Assembly (NCBI GenBank): GCA_016234485.1
Contig: JACRBL010000037.1
Span: 41,597 to 105,596 of the forward strand
Length of the DNA: 64,000 nt
From: Chloroflexota bacterium
Lineage (GTDB): Bacteria > Chloroflexota > Anaerolineae > Anaerolineales > Villigracilaceae
Reading direction: 5' to 3'
The notes under the pieces are model-generated. The model saw nothing but the letters and a program-made list of their open reading frames with translations, had not been told where the DNA came from and ran no database searches. A program made the translations under genes and the position numbers. Positions 1 to 9,048 of the stretch are shown one piece after another; position 1 is the first letter of the stretch; the number at the start of each line of letters is the position of its first letter.

Positions 1-1290
1 ATCTCCGGTGAGATACCAGCCATCGAGAAATGCTTTTTCAGTGACCTCCGGGCGGTTGTAATAGCCCGTGAGCATGCAATCGCTTTGAAGGGCGATCTCG
101 CCCACGGTTCGCTCCGCGACATCGTGGCCGCGCTCGTTCAAAATGCGGACTTTGACGCTCTCCAGCGGCTTACCCGAAGACATGAGGGTGATGGCGGGAC
201 GTCCGTCATAGGCCAGGCGGGCGACGCGCTCAAAGAAAAAGGATTCGCGATCCACCGCTTCGTGGACAGGTTCCGCGGCCAGGTCGCTTTGGGTGACGGC
301 AAACACATTTTCGGCCATGGCGTAACAGGTCTGCATGGCGGTCGGGCGCAGGCCAAAATTCTTGAAGCGTTCGTAAAACGCCTGGTGGCTATCCTTCTTT
401 ACCGGCTCGGAGCAGTTGATCACCGCGCGCCAGGAGGAGAGGTCTACATCGGCCAGGTGACGGTCGCGAATTTTTTGGGCGCAGAAATTGTAGGCAAAAT
501 TCGGAAGCCAGGTGAGCGTCCCTTTGTGGCGCGAAACGGCCTGCGGTAGGATGTACGGCGCGCCGATCCAATCAAAGGGAGATTGCAAGACCAGCGGAAC
601 GCCAAAGAGGATGGGCATCAAAAATCCCGCGATCAATCCCATGTCGTGATACAGCGGCAACCACGAGACGATGACGTCCTCGCGGTTCAAGCCGAGGCTC
701 CTGCCGTACGTTTCCAACTGGTTGATGACCGCGCGATGAGAAAGCGCCACGCCCTTCTGCAAGCCCGTGGATCCCGATGAATGTTGGAGCAAGGCCACAT
801 CGTCCGGCGAGCGGCGCAGGCCGGGCAGGGCGTCCCAGGCCGCGGCGGAGGTTGTCTCGATGGCATCGGAGCAGATCAGCGCGCGCACCGAATCGCCCTC
901 GCGCAGCGCGCCCCGCACGTTTGCCTCGAACTCGCGATAGGTGACGATCGCGGCGGGACGCGTGATGGAGATCAACGAGGCCAGGTCAGCCTGGTAACGC
1001 TCGGGTGAAAGTTTTTCGGTCAGGAATGGGAGAACGGAGGGAATCGCGCCGAGGAACACCGCGCCCCAATAGGAATGGATCAAGTCCCTGCCGTGTTGAA
1101 AGATCAACACGACCACGTCGCCCGGTTGAATGCCTTCGCGCTGATAGGTATTAAAGTAAGAAATCGCTCCTTCGTAAAGCGAGCGATAGGTGAGCGGCAG
1201 GTCGTCCGCGCCGCTTTGTTGCAGGGTGACGGAAATGCGTTCGGGATTTTCCGTCACCTGTCGTTGAAGCAGATGGGAAAAAGTAGTCAT
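1..1290 (-). CDS. fatty acyl-AMP ligase / AMP-dependent synthetase (partial; C-terminus lies beyond window start)
   Basis: Absent from the ORF track because there is no stop codon in the window. My reverse-strand reading from the ATG at 1290 stays open for 430 codons (MTTFSHLLQRQVTENPERISVTLQQSGADDLPLTYRSLYEG...). It contains the adenylation core LLQHSSGSTGLQKG (coded around 750-810) and WLPLYHDMGLI, both typical of FAAL-type adenylating enzymes. ATGA start/stop overlap with the carrier-protein gene at 1287-1290. Confidence 0.8.
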   Translation of the reverse strand, partial: MTTFSHLLQRQVTENPERISVTLQQSGADDLPLTYRSLYEGAISYFNTYQREGIQPGDVVVLIFQHGRDLIHSYWGAVFLGAIPSVLPFLTEKLSPERYQADLASLISITRPAAIVTYREFEANVRGALREGDSVRALICSDAIETTSAAAWDALPGLRRSPDDVALLQHSSGSTGLQKGVALSHRAVINQLETYGRSLGLNREDVIVSWLPLYHDMGLIAGFLMPILFGVPLVLQSPFDWIGAPYILPQAVSRHKGTLTWLPNFAYNFCAQKIRDRHLADVDLSSWRAVINCSEPVKKDSHQAFYERFKNFGLRPTAMQTCYAMAENVFAVTQSDLAAEPVHEAVDRESFFFERVARLAYDGRPAITLMSSGKPLESVKVRILNERGHDVAERTVGEIALQSDCMLTGYYNRPEVTEKAFLDGWYLTGD

Positions 1291-1535
1291 TTGCGGCGGG
1301 CGAGGATCAGGGCGATAAACTTCTCGAGCGTGTCAAGCGTTTCGGCTTTCAACTCTTTGTCGTCAATGACCACGCCAAAGTTGTCTTCGATAAAGAGCGA
1401 CAAGTCAATGCGGTTGAACGAGTCGATCAGGCCGCTGGAAATGAGAGGCTCGTCTTTCGCGATCACGCGATCAGGCTGTTTCAAGATGTCCACGGCGATG
1501 TATTTCGCAAGTTGTTGGTAGATTGTTTCATCCAT
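1287..1535 (-). CDS. acyl carrier protein (phosphopantetheine-binding, ACP/DltC-like)
   Basis: 82-aa acidic ORF. GLIDSFNRIDL matches the G-x-x-DS-x-x-x-x-x-L serine attachment motif of carrier proteins. Translationally coupled (ATGA) to the downstream adenylating enzyme. Confidence 0.75.
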   Translation of the reverse strand: MDETIYQQLAKYIAVDILKQPDRVIAKDEPLISSGLIDSFNRIDLSLFIEDNFGVVIDDKELKAETLDTLEKFIALILARRK

Positions 1536-1566
1536 GATGAGGCTCCTTCAAAAAAAATCCAATGAC

Positions 1567-4089
1567 CTAATACTTCAAAATCTTCAACCAATGCAGTTTA
1601 TGATAGATCACCGAGCGGTTGAGATAGGGCGAAATATTCTTCAAAATCTCCTGCCAGGACACGTCGCGTCCATGCACCTGCCTTCGCAGGCGGTTCATCT
1701 CTTTCATGCCGGAGCTTTCCATATGCGCGCTCGTTTTTTGCGCGGCCTGCACGCGGAACGCGCCGAGGAAACGCGGCGCACGCACGATCTTGGCGCCTGC
1801 CTCACGGAAGCGGATGAGTAAATCCCAATCAAGGGCGAATTGGAACGACTCGTCCATCTGGCCGCCCGATTTTTCCCAGATACTGCGCCGCCAGAACAGG
1901 GTCTCCTGTGGCACGTAATCGGCCCACAGGATCACATCGTTATCGTGCGGCGGAAGGATCCAGCGGCCGATCTCGCCGTCGTTCTCGTCAATGATGATGC
2001 GATGCCCATAAATCACGTCCACGTCGGGATGGCGCGTGAAGTAATCGGCTACGTAGTTGAGCGCCCCAGGCAGGAGAATATCGTCCGAATTCAGGTAGGC
2101 CATGATCTCGCCGCTGGTGTGGGCAAAGCCCATGTTGATGGCGTGCGCCTGTCCATCGTCCTTGCGCGATTCGAAATGCGTCAGCCGCGAAAGAAATGGC
2201 TTCATCACCTTCACGGTTGCATCGCGCGAGCCGCCATCTTGAATCACGTACTCCAGATTGGGATAGCCTTGATCCAACACACTGCGCGCCGTGCGCTCGA
2301 TGAACGCGGCCTGATTATAGGAGGGCGTGGTAATGGAAATGCGCGGCGCGTCCTCGGCTTTTATGGACGGGGCGTTGTAATACCGCTTCGGAATATCCAA
2401 AGGAATGGGGGCATGCTGATGCAAAACGCCCACCTTCGGCAGGAAAATACGCCGAATATCGCGCAGCCAGATCGCCGCCCACCGCAACAAGGGAAAAATG
2501 GAAAAACTACGTAACGGCCCGTTGTCCATGCGGTAGATGAACGAAGTCCTGAACTTTTGGATGATCTGTTCCTTCTCCGCCGTCTGGGCCATCAATTGTT
2601 GGTTTTCAGCCAGCAAACGTTCGTTATCCGACCTGGCATGTTCGATTTCCTTTTTGAACTGCTTGTTTTCCGCAACCAGGCGTTTTCGCTCATTTTGCAG
2701 ATCGGAATTTTTCTTTTTCCATTGAGCGACGCGATGAAGATGATCCGCCTGCAACTGTTCAATTTGTTGCAGGTGCGTCAAGTCCATCTGGTTGATCTGT
2801 TGTCGCAGTTGGTGGTTTTCGGCTTCGCTTTGTTGAAGCCTGCCCATGCCATCATTTAACATTTGAATTACCCTCTCTTTTTTCACGAGTTCATCCTGGT
2901 CGCTTTGATGCCGATTTGCCCACGTCTGCATCTCCTGGGCATACGGCAACGAAACAGGATTTTTTCGGAGTCTTGTGGATTTGAGGTGACGCGCCATCAA
3001 TTCACTCCACATGGAACGGGTTTTATCCCAGGAAAATTTTTTCGCCTGGCGGCGTCCTTTTCGGATCAACTCATCGCGCAGGTTCGGCAAATCTTTAATA
3101 AACGCGTTCGCCCAATCTTTCGGGTTGTGCGAATCCACATACAGCGCGGCGCTTCCCCCCACTTCGGGCATGGACGTTAACGGCGCGCAGATGACTGGGC
3201 AATCATTTTGCATGGCTTCCAAAATCGGCATCCCAAACCCCTCATATTCGGAAACAAATAAAAGCGCCTCGGCTCCGCGATAAAGGGACTCCATATCCGC
3301 ATTGGAGACATAGCCCAAATCCAACACGCTCTCGCGTGGAAGGTTGTGGCGCGCGATAAGCAGGTTCAAATAACCTTCATCGTGCCAACCAGTCAGGACA
3401 AGCTTGAGGTCGGAACGGGAGCGCAGGATCTCGCGGAAGGAGCGCAACAGCAATTCGTGACGCTTATGCGGCCAATTGCGGGCAGGATACAAAACATAAG
3501 GCGAGAGGCCGATCTTTCCAAGCGGCGATTGATAATCTCCCGCTTCCACGGGCGCGTCTTGAACGGGAAGGTCGCCCGCCAGCGGAATGACCAGCGTTTG
3601 GGCGCGCTTCAGTCCGATGTGCTTCACCAGGCGATTGCGTGCATCGTCCGAAATGGTGACGACAGTGGAGGCGTTCTTCAATTGCAGATAGATATCACGG
3701 CGTCTTTGCGCTTCGGCGGCTGGGAACAACGCGGGCATATCCAGCGCGAGCGCGTCGGGAATGGACGCGATGTGCGGCGTTTTTTGATACGCCACCCAAT
3801 CGGAAACGGGTTTCATGCCAAACAAGGGGCTGATGATGAGGTCGGGGCGCAAGGTCTCGAAAACTGGCGTCATCCCGGCGTCTGGTAAAACGGGAATTAG
3901 CTCGCCGCCCGAACGCCCCAGCCAGGCGCGGAACTGTCCGCTAAAGCGCCAGCCCACGGCAAAATACACAGTGACTTTTCCCTGCTCGGCCCACTCCGCT
4001 AATAAATTGCAGACAACGTACGCGATGCGGCTAAGACCGCCATTGCGAGGCGGGTCGAGATCCACAAGGTTTACAAGACAAACGCTCAT
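1567..4089 (-). CDS. bifunctional glycosyltransferase: N-terminal GT4 domain, ~130-aa central coiled coil, C-terminal GT2 domain
   Basis: 840-aa ORF. GT4 E-x7-E region is VSEYEGFGMPILEAM. The central heptad-rich Q/E/K/L stretch is QSDQDELVKKERVIQ...QQLMAQTAEKEQIIQKF. GT2 signature is ISITTPSYNQAAFIERTARSVLDQGYPNLEYVIQDGGS plus LNSDD. Confidence 0.85.
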   Translation of the reverse strand: MSVCLVNLVDLDPPRNGGLSRIAYVVCNLLAEWAEQGKVTVYFAVGWRFSGQFRAWLGRSGGELIPVLPDAGMTPVFETLRPDLIISPLFGMKPVSDWVAYQKTPHIASIPDALALDMPALFPAAEAQRRRDIYLQLKNASTVVTISDDARNRLVKHIGLKRAQTLVIPLAGDLPVQDAPVEAGDYQSPLGKIGLSPYVLYPARNWPHKRHELLLRSFREILRSRSDLKLVLTGWHDEGYLNLLIARHNLPRESVLDLGYVSNADMESLYRGAEALLFVSEYEGFGMPILEAMQNDCPVICAPLTSMPEVGGSAALYVDSHNPKDWANAFIKDLPNLRDELIRKGRRQAKKFSWDKTRSMWSELMARHLKSTRLRKNPVSLPYAQEMQTWANRHQSDQDELVKKERVIQMLNDGMGRLQQSEAENHQLRQQINQMDLTHLQQIEQLQADHLHRVAQWKKKNSDLQNERKRLVAENKQFKKEIEHARSDNERLLAENQQLMAQTAEKEQIIQKFRTSFIYRMDNGPLRSFSIFPLLRWAAIWLRDIRRIFLPKVGVLHQHAPIPLDIPKRYYNAPSIKAEDAPRISITTPSYNQAAFIERTARSVLDQGYPNLEYVIQDGGSRDATVKVMKPFLSRLTHFESRKDDGQAHAINMGFAHTSGEIMAYLNSDDILLPGALNYVADYFTRHPDVDVIYGHRIIIDENDGEIGRWILPPHDNDVILWADYVPQETLFWRRSIWEKSGGQMDESFQFALDWDLLIRFREAGAKIVRAPRFLGAFRVQAAQKTSAHMESSGMKEMNRLRRQVHGRDVSWQEILKNISPYLNRSVIYHKLHWLKILKY

Positions 4090-4099
4090 TGAGGGAATC

Positions 4100-5140
4100 C
4101 TATTTACGGGTTGCGTTTTTCAACGCTTCGTCCAGTTTTTGAATGAGTTCGAGTCGTTCCTGCGCGACCTTGCGGAGCATCTCCACTTCCGCGCCTTGGG
4201 CTTGAATGATATTTCGGAGATTTTCCAAACCTGCAGTTTGTTCGTGAATGGTCTTCTGGCGACCCTCCGCGTGGAATTGCATTTCATCTGCGGTTGCGCG
4301 GGCGTTGACCAGAGCCAGGGTTAGCAACCCGGAAAGAGAGGTCTCCAGAGTTTTTTCGCTCTCTTCCTGTGAGAGAATGCCCACCTCGCCCTGCGAAACG
4401 ACCGCGAACATGTTGTAATCGCCAAACGTCATAGGCGCTTCGCTGGAGACGTTCCAGCCGAGTTCGTGGAAGAATTTTTCCAAAGATTGCGTGGAGAAAA
4501 ATCGCATGCGCTGAGGCTCGTCGAAGTTGGGCAGAATCGGATGTTCGGCGAGGAGCAGTTCCTCGAAGGTTTTTTCGCTCTCGAAACAAGGCGTTTGCAG
4601 AAGCAGGATGCCGCCCGGCTTGAGGAGTTCGAGGGCGAGGCGCATCGTTTCGGCGGGATTTTCCATGCGTTCGAGGGAGTTCAGCGCCACGAGCGCGTCG
4701 AGGGAACCTTTTTCGATTTTTTGCGATTCGAACGCGCCTCCCAGAGATTGAACGTCAAATGTCTTTAAGGCAAATTCGGCCAGCGACGCGCCCGCTTCAA
4801 AGCCTGTGGCATTGTAGCCCGCGGCGCGCAGGACGGCCACAAATCCTCCGTGGGCGCTTCCCAGTTCGAAAACGGAGGCGGGAGGCAGGCAAAATTTGAG
4901 CAAGGCTCCCAAAGCGCGCGGGATAAACGTGGACATATCCTTTTGCAGGCGGGCGCGTAACTCGTCCTCTTTCAGGTCAGCGGGGATGCGGCCAAAATGA
5001 TCGGGCGCGGAGACGCGGGCGGGTTCCTCGTCGGGCCAGATTTTTCGGACGAGGCTGTTGCATTTATCGCAGAGCGCGTAATCGGGAGAGTAGTTGAGCA
5101 GGATGGTGTTTCCGCACCAACACGTAGTTTTGGTCGTCAT
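4100..5140 (-). CDS. class I SAM-dependent methyltransferase with N-terminal Cys4 zinc ribbon and C-terminal coiled coil
   Basis: 346 aa. CWCG...CDKC near the N-terminus, SAM motif I VFELGSAHGGF, and a C-terminal ~60-aa coiled coil (ENLRNIIQAQGAEVEMLRKVAQERLELIQKLDEALK). Paralogue of the next gene. Confidence 0.8.
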   Translation of the reverse strand: MTTKTTCWCGNTILLNYSPDYALCDKCNSLVRKIWPDEEPARVSAPDHFGRIPADLKEDELRARLQKDMSTFIPRALGALLKFCLPPASVFELGSAHGGFVAVLRAAGYNATGFEAGASLAEFALKTFDVQSLGGAFESQKIEKGSLDALVALNSLERMENPAETMRLALELLKPGGILLLQTPCFESEKTFEELLLAEHPILPNFDEPQRMRFFSTQSLEKFFHELGWNVSSEAPMTFGDYNMFAVVSQGEVGILSQEESEKTLETSLSGLLTLALVNARATADEMQFHAEGRQKTIHEQTAGLENLRNIIQAQGAEVEMLRKVAQERLELIQKLDEALKNATRK

Positions 5141-5168
5141 AAATGTCCTTTTCGTTCCAGGATTTAAC

Positions 5169-6185
5169 TCAAGGTTTATTCTTTAGGGCCGCGTCCAAAC
5201 GTTCGATCGCTTCGAGGCGTTCCTGCGCGGCGTTGCGAAGAATTTCGATTTCAGCGCTTTGCTGTTGCACGATCTTGAGACGCTCGTCGGCGTGGTGTTG
5301 CAGGTTTTCGGCGCGGTCGTACAGGTCGAGCAGGGCGAGCGCCAGCCGTCCCGAGGGAAGCGCTTGCAAGGCCGCGGCCCGCTCCTCGGTCGGGATGAGG
5401 CGAAGCGGTTCTTTCGTCACCACGGCGAACATGTCGTAATGCGAGAAGATCGCTCTTTCAAAGTGGACGTGTCCCCAGCCTTGGTCGTGGAAAAGTTTTG
5501 CGATGGAGCGCATGGAGAAGAGGTGCAGGTGTTCCTTTTCTTTATACTGAGCCAGGAATGGATGGTTTGTGCGGACGATTTCTTCATGGGATTTTTCGGG
5601 GTCGTAGCACGGCGTCTGGATGAGCATGAGGCCATCGGGTTTGAGGAGGTCGAGGGCGGCGCGCATTGTGCCGACGGGGTCGGGGAGGTGCTCCAATACA
5701 TCCATGTGCGCGATCACGTCGAGCGAGGCTTGGGGGATATTCTGCGCCTCGAGCGGGCCTAGCAATAATTGGGCGTTAAAGGTTTTTTGGGCAAATTCCA
5801 CCAGCCAGGGGCTAAGTTCGAGGCCGGCGGCCTGATAGCCAGCGGCTGTCAGAAAATTAACGAAGCCGCCATGCGCGCTTCCCAATTCCAAAACGGAGGC
5901 GGGAGGAAGGCGGTATTTCAGCAACGTGCGCGTCCAGTATGGTATGCGATCGGTTAAGTCTGCGCGCGTTCGAGCGTCGAGGGATGGATATCCAAAACTT
6001 TCAGGGAGATGTTTGAGGTAATAATCCTTGCTATACAGTTCGCCAGCATCGTCTACGCGGGTTGTGTCTTCCACAGGCCAGGTCTTTAATATCAAAGTAT
6101 CGCACGCCTGGCAATGCCAATAGGTGGGCGAATAGTCTTGCAGGGTGGGGTTTCCGCACCAACACTGGGTTGTTTGTTTCCTCAT
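5169..6185 (-). CDS. class I SAM-dependent methyltransferase with N-terminal zinc ribbon and C-terminal coiled coil (paralogue of 4100-5140)
   Basis: The track ORF 5169-6314 is trimmed to the internal ATG at 6185 (MRKQTTQCWCGN...), which gives an ATGA overlap with the upstream gene stop at 6182. Motif I is VLELGSAHGGF. C-terminal coiled coil is ERLKIVQQQSAEIEILRNAAQERLEAIERLDAALK. Confidence 0.8.
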   Translation of the reverse strand: MRKQTTQCWCGNPTLQDYSPTYWHCQACDTLILKTWPVEDTTRVDDAGELYSKDYYLKHLPESFGYPSLDARTRADLTDRIPYWTRTLLKYRLPPASVLELGSAHGGFVNFLTAAGYQAAGLELSPWLVEFAQKTFNAQLLLGPLEAQNIPQASLDVIAHMDVLEHLPDPVGTMRAALDLLKPDGLMLIQTPCYDPEKSHEEIVRTNHPFLAQYKEKEHLHLFSMRSIAKLFHDQGWGHVHFERAIFSHYDMFAVVTKEPLRLIPTEERAAALQALPSGRLALALLDLYDRAENLQHHADERLKIVQQQSAEIEILRNAAQERLEAIERLDAALKNKP

Positions 6186-7441
6186 TGTTGTCCAGGATTC
6201 TGACGCCGTTCCAGCGACCACGCGGCCGCGCGGTGGATATCGCCGGCCAGTTCGTCCACGAGTAACTCCGCGGAATTTAATCGAAGATGATGGGCATCGA
6301 AAAAGCCGTCCCACCGCATCTGGCTGATCGGTTCAAAATAAGTTAGATCTCGATAAAACACGTTGGGGTTTCTTTTTACCAGATTCGTCATGTAGGCGTC
6401 AAATATTTTTTCGCAGTGGATATAACGAGGGTTGTTTTTATCGCTGATATCAAGGTAATCTGCGTTGAGAGGGCTTCTATAAAAGAGGAGGGAAAAATTG
6501 TTTTCCTCGGCGAACTCTGCCATCTTTTCCAGTTGTCGCATTCCTTCTGAATCCAATCGGTTGCACGTTTTACTTTGGTCTATTGTCCCAGAAAACGCTC
6601 GCAGTGCGGTTGGGTACGTTGCTTTCGCCAAATCATCTCGGATGCCTGTGCCATCCGGTAGAAACGTCCATGCGGGCGGCCTGAGGTAGAGGCGCTCGTA
6701 GGCCAATTGATAAATCATATCTGAACCCGCTTGCATGCTGAGAGTATCCTGAAGGGTGAAGTCAGCGATGATTAATTGCTGATCCAGGTCCAGGTAGGGC
6801 ATGGCGGAAAGCGGCATCGGCCAACGCTGGATATTCGGTCCCAGCCCCAGGATTTCCACCATAAACACAAGAGGGGGATTCTCTGGCTGGGATGACGTTA
6901 TGAGGCGCTCAAATGCCAGAAAATCAAACGGGCCTCCGCCGCTCACGGCCATGTTGAATGCGTTGAATCCCGTTTTTTGGAGAACGTAGGATGAAGACAC
7001 GGAAAAGGTTCTGGAAGAGCCGAAAATAATCACTTCCGGCGGCGCGCTCAATTGCGAATATAAATCCAATTTTTGCTCGCGCACAGAAGCAGGGTTAAAC
7101 ATGCTGGAGGCGCCATAGCGGAAGAAATGCCAGGGAAAAATGCTATGCGGATTTTCATAGACGATCAGCGCGGTAAATGGCAGGACGATTGCCAGAAATG
7201 AAAAACCCCACCATCGAATGAGCGCCTTTGAACGGGCGACCTGTTGGGCGGTTCCGCTCGAAAACAAGAAAAAGATGAGCATGAATAACAGGAAAATGAT
7301 TCGGCTGATATTTTTGAATACCCGGTCGAATGTGCCATAGTAGACTCGTTCTGGATGCTCAAGGAGCGCCGACGGAGAGTGGTAATGCGCCAAATATATT
7401 ATTAATCCAATAAAGACAAGTAAAAAAAACAACTTTTTCAT
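6182..7441 (-). CDS. membrane-anchored DltD-like / SGNH-like protein (putative glycan O-acyltransferase partner)
   Basis: 419 aa with an N-terminal TM helix plus a second hydrophobic stretch. IIFGSSRTFS resembles the GSS(E) catalytic-serine motif of DltD-type proteins. Same operon as the FAAL and carrier protein. GC is clearly lower than the flanks (hand count 28-42% on sample lines). The functional call is tentative. Confidence 0.5.
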   Translation of the reverse strand: MKKLFFLLVFIGLIIYLAHYHSPSALLEHPERVYYGTFDRVFKNISRIIFLLFMLIFFLFSSGTAQQVARSKALIRWWGFSFLAIVLPFTALIVYENPHSIFPWHFFRYGASSMFNPASVREQKLDLYSQLSAPPEVIIFGSSRTFSVSSSYVLQKTGFNAFNMAVSGGGPFDFLAFERLITSSQPENPPLVFMVEILGLGPNIQRWPMPLSAMPYLDLDQQLIIADFTLQDTLSMQAGSDMIYQLAYERLYLRPPAWTFLPDGTGIRDDLAKATYPTALRAFSGTIDQSKTCNRLDSEGMRQLEKMAEFAEENNFSLLFYRSPLNADYLDISDKNNPRYIHCEKIFDAYMTNLVKRNPNVFYRDLTYFEPISQMRWDGFFDAHHLRLNSAELLVDELAGDIHRAAAWSLERRQNPGQQ

Positions 7442-7450
7442 TGTTGATTC

Positions 7451-8326
7451 TCACTTGGGTTTTTGCGCCACAAATACCGCGCCCGCGCCAACGGAGGGGT
7501 TGGGCGAAAGTTTAATGAGGCCGCGCAAGATATCCCCGATTCCATCCGAATAGTTTTGAAGTTGCATGAGGTAACCATGAAGCGGTTGCCCAAGTTCCGC
7601 GCCGCCCTCCAGTTGAAAGTGCCAGGCTTCATCAAAGAACATGAATATGCGGCCAAAGGGTTCGGGCGCGATGGGCGTATGCTCCAAAATTTGGAAGCCC
7701 GCGTTTTCCATGCGCTTCATCCACTCTTGCGACGGGAAGGGGTTGCGATAATGGTGGTAGTTTTCATAATCGCGCCAAATTTCCTGGCCGCGTTTTTCAG
7801 CCTGAAAAAGCCTGGAGAGCAGAGGCATCATGCCCCATTCCACAATTTTATCGGTGACGACGCTGGAGATGAAAAGGCCGCCAGGTTTGAGAACACGAAA
7901 GGCTTCGCGCAACACTTCGTCAATGTGATCCATGTGTTCGAGCGCGCAGTTGGAAAAAAGGCTGGCGAAGGAATGATCTTCAAACGGCAATTGATGCGCG
8001 GGGACTTGATGCACGTCCTTGTAAACGCCCGAGGCGCGCGCGTTTTCGCAGGCGGCCTGGTCATAGTCAATGCCCACCACGTCCGTCACCTGCGGCCACA
8101 AAAGGCGGAAGAAGCGTCCGTCGCCGCAAGCCAGATCGAGGACGGGTTCGGTCAACGCGTGGTTGCGATAGGCGGCCACTTCCCAGGCGCGCCAAAGGAC
8201 AATGGGGGCGACGCGCGGATAGATGGCGTCCATTTCGCGGGCGGCTTGCAGGATTTCCGACTCATTCAGGAATCGCGTCACAACAGTCATTCGGTTCTTT
8301 CCTCGACGGGATAGCGGGTTCACCAA
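7451..8326 (-). CDS. class I SAM-dependent methyltransferase (Methyltransf_11-like)
   Basis: 291 aa. Motif I is VLDLACGDGRF and the post-I region is VVGIDYD. The track start at 8326 is TTG and overlaps the upstream stop (TTGGTGA). An alternative start is the ATG at 8290, preceded by GAGGAAAG. Confidence 0.8.
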   Translation of the reverse strand: MVNPLSRRGKNRMTVVTRFLNESEILQAAREMDAIYPRVAPIVLWRAWEVAAYRNHALTEPVLDLACGDGRFFRLLWPQVTDVVGIDYDQAACENARASGVYKDVHQVPAHQLPFEDHSFASLFSNCALEHMDHIDEVLREAFRVLKPGGLFISSVVTDKIVEWGMMPLLSRLFQAEKRGQEIWRDYENYHHYRNPFPSQEWMKRMENAGFQILEHTPIAPEPFGRIFMFFDEAWHFQLEGGAELGQPLHGYLMQLQNYSDGIGDILRGLIKLSPNPSVGAGAVFVAQKPK

Positions 8327-9048
8327 CCCAGGCCTGATTCGTAGCCCGTGGCAATCAACAGCGGTCCGTACTTTTCCTTAAATTCCTTCTTCACCTTATC
8401 GGTAAAGTGATTTTTCCAATCGCCTGAAATGCCCTTGCGCTCATGCGATTGGACATCCTCCGCGCCGCGTTTTCGCCCTGCGCTCAATTTTTCAAACTGA
8501 TTGGCATTCACCACTTCGCGAAAGCGCTCGCGCGAGACAGCCAGTTGGCATTGCTCCAACAGGATTTGCTCAAAGATTGCATGGTCATTTTGCAGTAAAT
8601 CTTCGTATTTCCAGATTGTTTCTTCGCCATCCAGCCAAGAGGTTTGAATGGCGGCGCAACGAGGCAACCACTCATTGAGCATATAAAGGAGCCCATCTTC
8701 CTCGTTGACCGAGTCCAACACGGAGCGCCATTTTACGATTTCTTCGGCAATGGCCTGATGGCTGAACTTGACGCTAAAGTATACGGATACGAGCGTATCG
8801 CGCAAGTCACGGATGATGACAAAGCGTTTCCAGTTCTGTGGAAGGGGTACGCTATAAAATTGTTCTTTCGTCACATAGACGGTTGGATACACCCTGCCAG
8901 CCTGGAGCGGGTCTTTGAGGAATTGCGTTTCGTAAACCTGCGGGGTCACGATCAGGTCGGGAACGCAGGCTTCGAGAATCTTTCGCACCCATTGGGAGCC
9001 GGCTTTCCAATGCGTCACGTGAAATATGGTGGGGAGAGGCGTATTCAC
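8320..9048 (-). CDS. sulfotransferase family protein (paralogue 1 of 5, most divergent)
   Basis: 242 aa. 5'-PSB-like FHVTHWKAGSQWV, 3'-PB-like IIRDLRDTLVS, and C-terminal ERKGISGDWKNHFT, which matches the Sulfotransfer_1 hallmark RKGxxGDWKNxFT. GTG start overlaps the upstream stop (GTGA). Confidence 0.8.
   Translation of the reverse strand: MNTPLPTIFHVTHWKAGSQWVRKILEACVPDLIVTPQVYETQFLKDPLQAGRVYPTVYVTKEQFYSVPLPQNWKRFVIIRDLRDTLVSVYFSVKFSHQAIAEEIVKWRSVLDSVNEEDGLLYMLNEWLPRCAAIQTSWLDGEETIWKYEDLLQNDHAIFEQILLEQCQLAVSRERFREVVNANQFEKLSAGRKRGAEDVQSHERKGISGDWKNHFTDKVKKEFKEKYGPLLIATGYESGLGW

Noticed and set aside
85-1521. Plus-strand track ORFs at the left edge (85-549, 583-780, 781-1008, 1075-1521).
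   Set aside because: They are antisense shadows of an uninterrupted minus-strand reading frame (1-1290) that carries clear AMP-binding motifs. Their own translations are Arg/Gly/Ala-rich with no motifs.
5169-6314. N-terminal extensions in track ORFs (5169-6314, 16023-16670, 17844-18461, 18521-19213, 24448-25029, 30563-30955, 36364-37695, 37945-42354, 46489-47871, 50499-51443, 51444-52184, 52664-53578, 61191-62474, 62417-62728, 62801-63754).
   Set aside because: The longest-ORF starts run through upstream genes or intergenic repeats. Internal ATGs with an RBS, a coupling overlap or a family-typical N-terminus were preferred.
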